Made by a program: the position numbers and the translations under genes. A DNA stretch of 64,000 nt from Bdellovibrionales bacterium. GTDB taxonomy: Bacteria; Bdellovibrionota; Bdellovibrionia; Bdellovibrionales; Bdellovibrionaceae. Within the stretch, counting starts at the first letter, position 1. Each line of letters begins with the position of its first letter. Shown piece by piece: positions 47,628-57,886 of this stretch. The DNA is taken from the NCBI GenBank assembly GCA_031370005.1, contig JANMPT010000003.1:32987-96986 (forward strand), given 5' to 3'. The notes under the pieces are model-generated. The model searched no databases. It was not told the DNA's origin and saw only the letters and a list, made by a program, of their open reading frames with translations.

Positions 47628-48431
47628 ATGGCAAAGAACAAATGGTTTATTCCCTCGTTAATTATAACTGGATTTTTTTTTACTGGCCTATCCTGGTTTA
47701 TGTCAGCTCGACTTGAAAACCAATCTTCCGGCCTCAAACTCCTCGCTCGTATTGCTTACAACTCTGGCGAGGTCTATGTTCTTCATAAAAATATGACTGA
47801 AAAAAAGACTCTCAAAAATAGTGCCTCTCTCTATTATTTAGACACAGTTGAAACCGGCCCCGATGGTGATGCCACCTTCGAATTGGATTCGGGTTACCGT
47901 ATCCGCATCCCCGACAACTCCCTAATTACCTTGGACCAAGAGGGCGAAAAAACTGTTCTCATTATTAAGCGTGGTGATGTGCAAATTGAAAGCTTCGGCC
48001 ATGACAATACTGTGATAATTTCCAAAAATGGTCAACGCCTGACTCCAGCTGAATATGAAAGGACTCTTCGTAAAGAAAATGCTCAGGGCAATTTCCCTGA
48101 GATGGCCCCTATTATTGCCGAGGCTTCCTCTACACCTGCCGTAGGTGGAAGCTTGAGCTCTGAATACATCCAGGAAACACTCAAGTGGCAAATTCCAGCC
48201 TTTGATAAATGCTATAAGCAGCTCCTGCAGAGAACTCCGGAAGTGGTTGGTCGAGTTGTAATGACCTTCACAATTGAAAAGAGTGGAAAAATAGCCAGTG
48301 CCGATGCCACGACTTCAACAATTTCGAACCCAGAATTTAAACATTGCCTCAGCGAGGCCCTCCGGCGCATTGAATTCAAGTCCTTTAGGGGTGACCCAAT
48401 CACCAGCACTTTTCCGCTGAGTTTCGAGTAG
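47628..48431 (+). CDS. FecR-like plus AgmX/PglI (TonB-C-like) domain protein
   Basis: N-terminal TM, DTVETGPDG, C-terminal CY...G.VVMTFTI...C...FP..F. Confidence 0.75.
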   Translation: MAKNKWFIPSLIITGFFFTGLSWFMSARLENQSSGLKLLARIAYNSGEVYVLHKNMTEKKTLKNSASLYYLDTVETGPDGDATFELDSGYRIRIPDNSLITLDQEGEKTVLIIKRGDVQIESFGHDNTVIISKNGQRLTPAEYERTLRKENAQGNFPEMAPIIAEASSTPAVGGSLSSEYIQETLKWQIPAFDKCYKQLLQRTPEVVGRVVMTFTIEKSGKIASADATTSTISNPEFKHCLSEALRRIEFKSFRGDPITSTFPLSFE

Positions 48432-48485
48432 GTACGGCCTTCTTTTTAGTATTGCGACGCAATACTAAAAAGAAGGCCGTACCTA
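48429..48485. repeat. 57-bp perfect palindrome (REP/MITE-like)
   Basis: 28-bp arms TAGGTACGGCCTTCTTTTTAGTATTGCG around a single A. Contains both TAG stops of the flanking convergent genes. Confidence 0.92.
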
Positions 48486-49559
48486 ACGGCTCTCGTGGAG
48501 ATAGTCTACGTGTTCGTGAACCCAGGGCTCGTGGACCCCTTCCATCTCAAAAACCTTACCAGCAATAATGTGCTTTTCCTTTAAGGGCACCATCGATGGT
48601 TCAAAGTCATGAAAAATGAGTCCCTTTTCTTCCAAGAAAGGACGGACTTTTTCATAGCAAGACTGACCAAGTACCCCACGGCGAATAAGCTCGTCGAAAG
48701 TCTTCATTAGTTCTTCAGGAGAAAAACCATAATTATAAATCATATCTTGGGCCACAGCATACAGCCCCTCAAAAGAAAGGCGCTGATCCTGCACTAAATC
48801 CAAAGCGACTTGATAGGTATTATACGTAGCCAAAGTGCGACGACCAAATTTCAAATAATAGTCAGGGTCCGTATCTGTGGCAAGATTGATATAAATCTTC
48901 TCAACAGGATCGTTCTCAGGGATTTGTGATTGCAACACCATAATTTGATCTACCTGCTCACCAGTCACATGAAGTTTTTCCAGAATATTACGAATCTCAT
49001 GGGGGCCAATACGGCGAGCACAAATATCTGAGTAAAGATTGTAAATAACCGCATCGGATTCACTATCATCACCCCAGCAAATTTGGCGAACACTGGGATG
49101 CAAACGAGTTCTTAACTGCAACATAGCCTGAAGCTTATAACCCACCTGCTTTGTCAGACGCCAAAACCGACCAGGACGAAGATTTTTCAAATTGTCTTTA
49201 TAAAAACAACCAAAAGGGTGAATCTCATCTATCAAAAATTTTTCAGAAATCCTCTCCTCCATTTGCGGTGGGGAGGCTGTAATAAAGTAAATTGGGAAAT
49301 ACTTTTGGCCACTTTGTTTAGCTCGGTAAATCGACAAAGCGCGAATCAATGTGCTAGTTCCCGGTATATTACGCTTATTCCAGGCTCGCTCCAAAACTGT
49401 CTGTAGCAATCCCCGTAAGGAATCGATAGTAGTGTCCAAATAGGTTTTATCCAGATCCCAAAGGAAGACCTCTTCACTATTCTTCTCAAGCCCCACAGGC
49501 ACATAGGGAAAGAAAACCACATCTGAATTTATTTCACTGCGACTTTCCCACTCTGCCAT
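48483..49559 (-). CDS. HAD-like (App1/DUF2183-type) phosphatase-domain protein
   Basis: WDLDKT (DxDxT), ITASP, YK, GDDSESD. Confidence 0.7.
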   Translation of the reverse strand: MAEWESRSEINSDVVFFPYVPVGLEKNSEEVFLWDLDKTYLDTTIDSLRGLLQTVLERAWNKRNIPGTSTLIRALSIYRAKQSGQKYFPIYFITASPPQMEERISEKFLIDEIHPFGCFYKDNLKNLRPGRFWRLTKQVGYKLQAMLQLRTRLHPSVRQICWGDDSESDAVIYNLYSDICARRIGPHEIRNILEKLHVTGEQVDQIMVLQSQIPENDPVEKIYINLATDTDPDYYLKFGRRTLATYNTYQVALDLVQDQRLSFEGLYAVAQDMIYNYGFSPEELMKTFDELIRRGVLGQSCYEKVRPFLEEKGLIFHDFEPSMVPLKEKHIIAGKVFEMEGVHEPWVHEHVDYLHESR

Positions 49560-49771
49560 CAAAGTCCCCTTACTTATAGATACAAATCCATAAAACAATA
49601 GTATCACCAGATCCTTATCCTTTGCCAAGGACTAGGCGTGCTGAACGACGCATAAGGAATATTTATAAGTCATATTCAAAAAATATTCCAAAATAAACAT
49701 TGCCGTTCGGTGCCATTTTTGGTCTAAGTTGACCACTTTTTAGTGTTCGGTTTTTGAGGGGGAATCAAAAA

Positions 49772-50704
49772 ATGAAACTACTTACACATTCTTTAATAAC
49801 TGTTGCCTTAGTCATACTATCTGTTGGCTGCACGCCAACCGAAAAGAACAACACAATCAGTTCAACAAGTGCATCATCAATTATTGGTGGTACGGATGTT
49901 CCTGAAGGCGCCTCTCTTCAGAAAAGTATTGTAGCTATTTACGATATGAAAAAGGGTGCGCTTTGCTCCGGTTCCTTGCTTGAAAATAACATCGTTCTGA
50001 CGGCAGCACATTGTATTGGTGCAAATCCTCAGGATCATTTGATCGTTTTCTCTGCAGACCTGACCTCTGTTTTTCAAGGCCAAGACAAAAACCTTATTCT
50101 TCAAAAAGTTCGTAGAGGAGTAAAAACTCTCGTGAATCCAAACTGGGGTAAAAATAATCAATCCGCTGGCCAAGCTTGGGGCGACACCGCTTTGATAAAA
50201 TTCCAAGGCAATGTTCCTGCTGGCTTTAAACCTGCAACAATCTTGGCTTCTTCCACAGGATTGGCTGCCGGTACAACAATCACAGTTGCTGGCTACGGAG
50301 TAAACAGCGATGTCCTGACTGAGGTGAACAAAGCGGACCTCCCTGACTTCAAGCAAAGACAAGCCAAGGGCGAAGTTTTCTGCGAGCAATCTCAAGATGC
50401 CAAAACTGAAAAATGTTATACTGAAAAATTGAGCGGTGAGGGGCACTTGAGAACTACAGAGCTCAAGGTTGCTGACTATTATAATGATACTGAAATCATA
50501 TTTGACCAACAACATGGTCAAGCCTCATGCGAAGGCGATTCCGGCGGTCCTGCCTATGTAAGACAAGCAAATGGCGAATACAATTTGTTTGGAGTAACAA
50601 GCCGTGGAACTCGTGGTTGTAACGGTTATGTTTTATACTCTGATATTGCCTCAACAAAATTGAATGCTTGGCTCAGAGATGCAATGAGCCAACTTAATAA
50701 GTAG
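49772..50704 (+). CDS. Trypsin-like serine protease (lipoprotein)
   Basis: IIGG, LTAAHC, DTAL, GDSGGP. Confidence 0.95.
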   Translation: MKLLTHSLITVALVILSVGCTPTEKNNTISSTSASSIIGGTDVPEGASLQKSIVAIYDMKKGALCSGSLLENNIVLTAAHCIGANPQDHLIVFSADLTSVFQGQDKNLILQKVRRGVKTLVNPNWGKNNQSAGQAWGDTALIKFQGNVPAGFKPATILASSTGLAAGTTITVAGYGVNSDVLTEVNKADLPDFKQRQAKGEVFCEQSQDAKTEKCYTEKLSGEGHLRTTELKVADYYNDTEIIFDQQHGQASCEGDSGGPAYVRQANGEYNLFGVTSRGTRGCNGYVLYSDIASTKLNAWLRDAMSQLNK

Positions 50705-50777
50705 ATTTTGTCAATTTATTAAGATTGATATCCGCCTCCCTTTCAATTATCGTGCGAACGTAAATGGAGGCTTTTCT

Positions 50778-51323
50778 ATGAAACTTATGCAAATTCTCAC
50801 TTCAATTTTGGCGCTCACAGCGATTGCTGGTTGCAAAACTGTCGATATCAAAGATGGTCGTGTTCCGAGCCAATATCTCTCACAAGCAAAAAAACTCGAA
50901 GGCACCTATAGAGGTGAATTTAACGGAGTAGCAGGAAGCCTCGTTATCAGCTTTAATGGCAATAAACCTAATGTTAGATATCATAATAGCCATGGCGATG
51001 ATCTCTTAAACAACAATTGCAATTCGTCCTTTGGTGATCTTTTGAAGGTGTCCATAAAGGGTAACAGTAAAAATCCACAAGTGACCGGCGCTCTTTTTGA
51101 TTTCGATGCTGCAAATTGCAGCATTATGGTTCGCGGTCGCGAGATCTCCTTTGGTTTTAAGCAAACGAATCGTGGCATGAGAGTGGATTTGTCCCTTTTG
51201 CAGGACGTTCGCCTGAGAGAGGTCTGCGCTTTGGATCCAGGGGCTCCACCACAAATTCCGCCTTCACAACGCTGTACTTGGCAACAAGAACCTACCTACC
51301 TTTACGGTAGTTTCATTAAATAG
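50778..51323 (+). CDS. Hypothetical lipoprotein
   Basis: IAGC lipobox; GGAGG RBS. Confidence 0.8.
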   Translation: MKLMQILTSILALTAIAGCKTVDIKDGRVPSQYLSQAKKLEGTYRGEFNGVAGSLVISFNGNKPNVRYHNSHGDDLLNNNCNSSFGDLLKVSIKGNSKNPQVTGALFDFDAANCSIMVRGREISFGFKQTNRGMRVDLSLLQDVRLREVCALDPGAPPQIPPSQRCTWQQEPTYLYGSFIK

Positions 51324-51357
51324 GGGTTTTAATTTTTTTGAGAGAGAGCTGGAAATT

Positions 51358-52236
51358 TTAAAATTTCCAGTTAATCTTCTCTTTAGGAAATGAAATCCAG
51401 TCCTCATTTTTTGGAAATCCTTTCGGACGGGCCTCGCTTTGCCCTTTATATTCCAAAAAAGCCGTCATTGCGCAGATAAATGCTTCAAAAGCATGGTTAT
51501 TTTCGATCATCAAACGTCTGTCTTGATCATAGACAAAGGCGATATTGTGTTCACCTAACTCCTTGAGAATTCCTTTACGACTATCCTCACCCATCACTGA
51601 GTGTTTATGAGAGCGTAACTGTGATTTCAATATGTGCAAAGAAAGGCCAATTCTCCAAATAGAAAGCTTTGGAAAGACCTCTAGAGCCGGGACATTCAAA
51701 CGACGCAAGATAAAGGCGGCTCTTGCTAAGAGGGGAGCCAAGTTTGCCCCCATGGCGTTTGAAACCTCAAAAGGTTCATCAAGTCCTGTTGCCAAATGCA
51801 TTTCCACGGCCCTTTGTGTATAAGGTGTAAAAATTCTTTTCGGTTTTTTTCTGGCATTTTTTTCTTTAATAAAATCCCACATCCATTGGATATGTGGCTC
51901 TTTGCAATCCTCATAGCCTGGGCATTTTAACTTGCAACGAAGACAGTTTGGCAAACTCCATGGAGTGTCCAGTGCCAAGCTATGTATCATACCCCTATAC
52001 TGCTCAAGAATTTCATGAATCTTTAGATCTGCGGAAATATTCTCTTCAATTTTTATTCTATCGAAAATTTTAGCAAGAAAGACCTTGTGGTGCTTGGGGT
52101 AATATTCCAAAATTGCCATACAAGCTTTGTCGGCCTTGCCTCCTCCAAGAGACAAGCCAACGAAACGGATAACATCACCTACGGGAGTGGATTCACGAGA
52201 TGAGTGGCGAGAACTTGAAACCCTGCTTTTTGACAT
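51358..52236 (-). CDS. DUF429-like (RNase H fold) protein
   Basis: FVGLSLGG, LDTP, QRAVE, EVFPK, FEAFICA. Confidence 0.7.
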   Translation of the reverse strand: MSKSRVSSSRHSSRESTPVGDVIRFVGLSLGGGKADKACMAILEYYPKHHKVFLAKIFDRIKIEENISADLKIHEILEQYRGMIHSLALDTPWSLPNCLRCKLKCPGYEDCKEPHIQWMWDFIKEKNARKKPKRIFTPYTQRAVEMHLATGLDEPFEVSNAMGANLAPLLARAAFILRRLNVPALEVFPKLSIWRIGLSLHILKSQLRSHKHSVMGEDSRKGILKELGEHNIAFVYDQDRRLMIENNHAFEAFICAMTAFLEYKGQSEARPKGFPKNEDWISFPKEKINWKF

Positions 52237-53171
52237 GCGATGGCCACTCCTTCCTTTTTATCTTCAGGGGTCCAAACAAGTACGCAGCCTCCCCCACCAG
52301 CTCCACAAATTTTAACAGCCAGAGCTCCATTCTGCAAAGAAAGCTCATTCAACTTTTCAATTTCAGGGCTAGTAAAAGCTGGCGCCAAACGCACACGAGC
52401 CTCAAATTCTTCACGGAAAAGCCCCGGAAGCTCGCTCCAAAGAGACTCGCGAACAACTCTTTCAGTGCGTTCGGCAATATTCTTAATATCATTCAGAGCT
52501 TTAAGCGTCTTTGAGTCTCTGGCAACAGCCGCCTTCATTACTTCAAAATTATTCATGCCCGAATGATGAGTCTTTCCAGTATAAACCAACAAAAAATGTT
52601 GAGCCAAAGGTGAGTCCCCAATGCTTAAGACTTCTTGACGAATTCCGTCATAGTCAAACTTCAGAATATTTAATCCACCACTAACAGCCGGATAGTAATC
52701 CTGAGTCCCCGTGAGCGCATTAAGAGTTTCCGCTTCGATATTATGGGCAATGTTTACCATTTCGTGGCTGTCTTTAAACCTACGTCCACAAAACTGAGCA
52801 AAAGCTTTCATAATTGAAATTGTTAGGCTCGAACTGCCACCAAGCCCTCCACCCACAGGACTGTCTGACTGAGTGGTTAGTTTAAATCCCTGCTGAGGCT
52901 TCCAGTAGCGCAACTGAGTTTGCAAAAGAACCATGCGCGGATCAACATCACTCAAAGCTTCTGTAAGATTTTTATATTCCTTTTGCAGGGATAAATCTTT
53001 GGAGCTTAGAATCACTTGCCCATTATCCAAGGACTCAATAATTGCATGGGTATAAATGTCGATAGCCACATTCACTGTGGTGGTGCCGCCTACGAACAAA
53101 TACAAAGGCCAAAGGTCTAAGGTGCCACCTGCTAAATCAACTCGTGTAGGTGATTTAATATGAATATTCAT
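52179..53171 (-). CDS. GHMP-family sugar kinase (HddA-like)
   Basis: PTRVDLAGG, PVGGGLGGSS, GTQD, GAGGGG. Confidence 0.9.
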   Translation of the reverse strand: MNIHIKSPTRVDLAGGTLDLWPLYLFVGGTTTVNVAIDIYTHAIIESLDNGQVILSSKDLSLQKEYKNLTEALSDVDPRMVLLQTQLRYWKPQQGFKLTTQSDSPVGGGLGGSSSLTISIMKAFAQFCGRRFKDSHEMVNIAHNIEAETLNALTGTQDYYPAVSGGLNILKFDYDGIRQEVLSIGDSPLAQHFLLVYTGKTHHSGMNNFEVMKAAVARDSKTLKALNDIKNIAERTERVVRESLWSELPGLFREEFEARVRLAPAFTSPEIEKLNELSLQNGALAVKICGAGGGGCVLVWTPEDKKEGVAIACQKAGFQVLATHLVNPLP

Positions 53172-54541
53172 GGTGCAGCCTTTTTTTGTTTTTCTTTGGT
53201 TTTCTCCACAGGCAACAACCCCATCAGCCCCCAAGACTCAATCACGCTTGGCTCTAGAGCAAATACATCCTTAAAAAGATTGCTCTTAGCAAGAATCAAA
53301 GTCTTCTCCCCGATCAAAGCCTTTTTCTTAATTGACGGCCCCCATGAAAGGTCATAAAGAATTTTTCCGTCTTCTGCTTTAAGAATAATTCTATTCTCGG
53401 AATCTTTAAAGCCCATTTGCTCACTTTTATCAAGATACTCAGTCACTGAAGAATCACTCAAACGCATGATAAAATTGCGAATCGCATTTTGGTCCATAGA
53501 GGCCTTTGCATCGCCATCGAGATACCATGTCTCTTTATCTTTTGTCAGAATCATTTTTTTAAGTTTTGTATTAATTTCGATACGACGAACAGAAAGATTC
53601 AGAAAATCAAAAGGCTCTTTGCGATCACGAAGGCCCATTAAGGTCATTTCGAAGAACTTATCGGTCTGGCCTGGTTCAAGTTTTAAAATAAATTGAGGAT
53701 CTGACGTCACCGCTATAATAGATTTATCAGCAAGCTGCTTAATTTCTGCTGACCAAGTTTTATCTTTGAGCTTAAGGTCGATCTTGGCCTTCGTTGTTGC
53801 CTTCGCAGGGGCCTGCGCAAGTGCTTTGTCCATAAAATCATTGGCTTGAATTTCATTCAATGATGTCAAAATCTCACGGACTTTATTTTGATCAAGCTTT
53901 AGTTCAGGATTATTTTCACTGATCCACTTATTGCCTTTGTTAATTAGCCGGAACTCATCTTTTTGAGATTTAATATTAATCCCCTCGACCGATGCGATTT
54001 TCCCCCGGAAGAGTCTCTTGTCGCGGAAATCCAGCGGTGACTTCTGACTTCGCAATGCCCACTGTGCCGTTCCGACAAGAACTTTGTTTTCGTCTGCACG
54101 GCGAAGAAAGCTGTTGCCTTCAAAATTCTTTTTTGCAGAAACTTGGATGAGGATCGCGCTTCCTTGTTGATTAATAAAAATCACCTTTGTAAAGTCCTTA
54201 TCAAGACCGAAGATGGACCAATTCAAATTTTTGTCCTTACTCTCGATTGTATCTATGCTTTTCTCGCCGGCTAGTCCGTTAATAAAATCTTCAACAAATT
54301 GATTATCCGCCCAGTCTTTTATGGGCTCTTCCAAGCTCCAACCAGTGTCATCGCGCTTAAGTAAAATTTTTCCAAACTTATTTTCGATTTCTACTTGGTT
54401 GATCTGATCCACGGGAAAGGAAACAATTTTAGATTCGTTGCTTTTACGTATCTCTTCTTTTCCAGATAAATAAAATTCAAAATAATATGTAGCTCCTACA
54501 AGCACAGCTACAAAGATAGCGAACCAAGTCGTTTTCTTCAT
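53168..54541 (-). CDS. DUF4340-domain protein
   Basis: N-terminal TM, repeated domains ending RDKRLF / RDRKEPF; follows gldG. Confidence 0.8.
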   Translation of the reverse strand: MKKTTWFAIFVAVLVGATYYFEFYLSGKEEIRKSNESKIVSFPVDQINQVEIENKFGKILLKRDDTGWSLEEPIKDWADNQFVEDFINGLAGEKSIDTIESKDKNLNWSIFGLDKDFTKVIFINQQGSAILIQVSAKKNFEGNSFLRRADENKVLVGTAQWALRSQKSPLDFRDKRLFRGKIASVEGINIKSQKDEFRLINKGNKWISENNPELKLDQNKVREILTSLNEIQANDFMDKALAQAPAKATTKAKIDLKLKDKTWSAEIKQLADKSIIAVTSDPQFILKLEPGQTDKFFEMTLMGLRDRKEPFDFLNLSVRRIEINTKLKKMILTKDKETWYLDGDAKASMDQNAIRNFIMRLSDSSVTEYLDKSEQMGFKDSENRIILKAEDGKILYDLSWGPSIKKKALIGEKTLILAKSNLFKDVFALEPSVIESWGLMGLLPVEKTKEKQKKAAP

Positions 54542-54542
54542 A

Positions 54543-56090
54543 TTAAGCATGCCTTCTTCTTAACCATAGAGTCACACTTGTTCCAAGCAAGACCAGAGGA
54601 ACTGGGATCGCAAACAGGAATACGAATAGATAAAAATTAGAGGTTGTCATATTCAACTTCGTTACTTGATTTTCTTTTGGAGCAACGCTGATAAGATTCT
54701 CTTCCTTTGCTAAAGAAGCTATAGAGTTTAACACTAGGTCGCGATTTAAACTTTGCATTAAAAGCTGATTACCTAAGAAGTCTGCGTCTCCTGCGACAAT
54801 CATTTCAAAGTCCTTTCCCGCACCACCTGGGAACTTCCCCTTTGCCATGGTCACTAAGGTAAAGGCCCCCTGAGGTCCCTCTCCCTTGATCTCAAGACTT
54901 GAAAAAGACATTGAACTTTCCGGTGCTTTCACCAAATCGTCAATAGTGACGCCCTCAGGCACCTTACCTCGCTTAAAAGACATAGGGTTTCTAAAAATTG
55001 TTGCTTCGTTTTTACCAAAGACTTTGGTGATTTCATTTGTAGTAGAGAAAACAGTTCCCAAGGTCTGTCCCTGTTGAATACCTTTTCCTGCTGCCGTTTC
55101 AACAAGATTTAAAACATAGTTATTCATCGGCTCTAAGCCCACTTGTCCCAAGACTGTCTCTAAACCTTGAGTTTGTTTCGACTTTAAGGCCATGAAAAGA
55201 CTTCCGCCGCGCTTTAGGTACTCCTCAAGACCCTGAATTTCATAGTCGATAAATTTTTGCGAGGGACCAACTATTGCCACAACGTCCGCGTCGTCTGGAA
55301 TCTTTGCGTTTAGATTCAACGCCAAAGTCTTAATTGAATAGCGATTGTTCTCAAGCATTAGCTTCAAGGCATTAATCCCGTTGGCCTCTTTTGCCTCTTC
55401 AAGATCTCTTTCGCCATGGCCTACGATAAAATAAATATTTTTATCTTTTTCACGAGTCACTTTTACAAGGGCACTGGTTACCTCTTGTTCTTCGATTTTC
55501 TCGATTCGGTTTTTGTGCCCCTTATATTCTAGAAAAATTACACCACTACCTTTGGTTACACCATATTGCTCAGCAAGGTCGGGGCGCTCATTTACCTCTA
55601 CAAATTCTAGCTTAATATTTGAACTCTGGTCCTGGTACTTCTTGATTAACTCTCGGAAAGATTTACGATTCTCTTCATTGCCCTCAACTCCTTTTTTATA
55701 AAAAAAACGAATCAAAAGAGGCGAATCCAAGCTCTTCACCAGCTTTATAGATTGGCTAGACAGTGTGTTAACCTGACTACCAGAGAAATCCCACACTTTG
55801 TAGTGCTTCACTGCTAAGAAGTTAGCGACAACCAAAATCACAAACACGAGGCCAATCAAAGCCCCCATGTTCATGCCATGCTTCGTGGTTTTCATAGTTA
55901 GAAATTCAACGATAGTTTTTCGTTCTTGCACCAAGGCGCCCACAAAACACGATACAAAAAAAGCTAGCGGAATCCACAAAAAAGGAATCCACGTCCCGAC
56001 CAACAAACGAGTCACAATGAAACTCAAAATACTAATACCAGAAATACCAAATAAGATTTTACTAATGCGATTCACAGGAACTACCTCCAA
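54543..56090 (-). CDS. gldG: GldG-like ABC auxiliary component
   Basis: TLSSQS, YFIVGHGE, YLKRGG, GDADF, C-terminal TM ending WLRRR. Confidence 0.88.
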   Translation of the reverse strand: MEVVPVNRISKILFGISGISILSFIVTRLLVGTWIPFLWIPLAFFVSCFVGALVQERKTIVEFLTMKTTKHGMNMGALIGLVFVILVVANFLAVKHYKVWDFSGSQVNTLSSQSIKLVKSLDSPLLIRFFYKKGVEGNEENRKSFRELIKKYQDQSSNIKLEFVEVNERPDLAEQYGVTKGSGVIFLEYKGHKNRIEKIEEQEVTSALVKVTREKDKNIYFIVGHGERDLEEAKEANGINALKLMLENNRYSIKTLALNLNAKIPDDADVVAIVGPSQKFIDYEIQGLEEYLKRGGSLFMALKSKQTQGLETVLGQVGLEPMNNYVLNLVETAAGKGIQQGQTLGTVFSTTNEITKVFGKNEATIFRNPMSFKRGKVPEGVTIDDLVKAPESSMSFSSLEIKGEGPQGAFTLVTMAKGKFPGGAGKDFEMIVAGDADFLGNQLLMQSLNRDLVLNSIASLAKEENLISVAPKENQVTKLNMTTSNFYLFVFLFAIPVPLVLLGTSVTLWLRRRHA

Positions 56091-56857
56091 CGAGAAGATT
56101 CAACGACTCTTTCAGCCAAAAAACAGAACAACGCTACCATACTGAGCAAGAACACAATCGCACTCGTGCGGATAGTCCCCTCAACTAAGCTACTGAGATG
56201 AGTGTTTACAGAAATGTGTTCAAAGATTTGACGAACAGCTTGGCTGTCTGTCATTTCGACTCCGATGCCCACAAACCAGATTGAAATATTAAAAACCACG
56301 GAGGTCACATAGGCCACCAATGCGTTCTCGGTTAAACTTGAACAAAAAAGATTCATTGCTGCATAGGTTGCACCGACTAAGAAAATACCAATAAATGCAA
56401 TCAACAAAGGGCCCCAATTCAATGTCGTCAATGTTGCAGTTGCAATCGGATAAGACAGCGCCAAGAGTACGATGCCGCCGACAGCGGCAAGAGCTGCAAA
56501 ATACTTTCCAAGAATAATATTTGCAGAAGTCACTGGAGATGTCAGCAGCAAATCAAAAGTACGCAACTTGCGCTCTTCTGCCAACAGACGCATCGTTAGA
56601 GCAGGAACGACAAAAATTAGCATTAAGTTCAAATACGAAAGATGTCTGAGAAAAAGACCATAATGAATATTAAGCTGTTGCTGATTAGGCAGACTTTGTT
56701 GAAAAACATAATTTTGCAAAAGCTGTGAGAACAAATTCAATTGAATGGGGTATGACCAACTCAAAACCACTGAAACCAAAAAAGCGATCATATAAAACCC
56801 AGGACTCATATAAAATCCCTTAAGCTCCTTCTTAAATATCGTCATTGTTGCGCTCAT
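56081..56857 (-). CDS. gldF: GldF-like ABC-2 permease
   Basis: KELKGF..SP, PALTMRLLAEERK, LLTSP, GKY. Confidence 0.88.
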   Translation of the reverse strand: MSATMTIFKKELKGFYMSPGFYMIAFLVSVVLSWSYPIQLNLFSQLLQNYVFQQSLPNQQQLNIHYGLFLRHLSYLNLMLIFVVPALTMRLLAEERKLRTFDLLLTSPVTSANIILGKYFAALAAVGGIVLLALSYPIATATLTTLNWGPLLIAFIGIFLVGATYAAMNLFCSSLTENALVAYVTSVVFNISIWFVGIGVEMTDSQAVRQIFEHISVNTHLSSLVEGTIRTSAIVFLLSMVALFCFLAERVVESSRWR

Positions 56858-57798
56858 GATTGCACCTCTATTTGGTCACTGCCATAGGTCAGCTTTAAAA
56901 ACACATCTTCCAAATCGATCTTGTGGAAACTTAATTCTAAAAGCCCCAAGCCCTCGGTCACAACTCGCGTAGAGATTGCATCCACCACTGCTTCATCGCC
57001 CCGGATATTTACTTCCCAGTCCCGACGCGTACTGCCCGAAGCAATATTTAGAACTCCTTCAATCCCAGTGAGAACTTTTTTAAAATCAGGTACTTCCTTA
57101 CGTAGACGAATAGTAAGTCGACTCTGACCGCGATCCTGGGCTGCAAGATTTTCAATACGGTCTTGCGCAACAATTTTACCCTGATGAATGATGATCACTC
57201 GCTCGCAAGTTGCCTGGACCTCACTAAGAATATGAGTTGAGAGGATAATCGTGTGTTGACCGCGGAGTTCTTTAATAAGTTCACGAATCTCTGACACTTG
57301 TTTTGGATCGAGCCCCACTGTTGGCTCATCTAGAATTAAAACCTCGGGATTTGAAACCAAAGCCTGGGCAATTCCAACTCTTTGGCGATAACCTTTCGAA
57401 AGATTGTGAATCAGACGTTTTTCAACACCTGTCAAATTTGTTTTTTCTAAAGCATTATCCACCTGAGTTTTAATTTTTTCCTTGGAAACCTGCTTAAGCT
57501 CGGCCACGTAGGTCAAATAATCACGAACAAACATATCAGTATAAACTGGCGGGGTCTCGGGCAAATAGCCAATTCTCTTTTTGACCTCTAAAGGACTTTC
57601 AAAAACATCAAAACCTGCAATTGTAGCTGATCCCGAACTCGGAGCCATGAAGCCTGTGATTATTTTCATAGTTGTCGACTTCCCGGCCCCATTGGGCCCT
57701 AAAAACCCGACCACCTCGCCCTTACCTATAGTGAAATTCAATTTGTTAATGGCCCGACGAGGACCGTAGTCCTTAGTAAGATCTCGCACTTCGATCAT
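56854..57798 (-). CDS. gldA: GldA-like ABC ATP-binding protein
   Basis: GPNGAGKST, LSKGYRQRVG, DEPT. Confidence 0.92.
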   Translation of the reverse strand: MIEVRDLTKDYGPRRAINKLNFTIGKGEVVGFLGPNGAGKSTTMKIITGFMAPSSGSATIAGFDVFESPLEVKKRIGYLPETPPVYTDMFVRDYLTYVAELKQVSKEKIKTQVDNALEKTNLTGVEKRLIHNLSKGYRQRVGIAQALVSNPEVLILDEPTVGLDPKQVSEIRELIKELRGQHTIILSTHILSEVQATCERVIIIHQGKIVAQDRIENLAAQDRGQSRLTIRLRKEVPDFKKVLTGIEGVLNIASGSTRRDWEVNIRGDEAVVDAISTRVVTEGLGLLELSFHKIDLEDVFLKLTYGSDQIEVQS

Positions 57799-57886
57799 AA
57801 TGTCTCCCATGAGTGATAAAAAAATTCTATTCCGACTATAGAAACAGTCAAGGCAACGCCGCATGAAGCGAAGGGTCAATTAAAAA

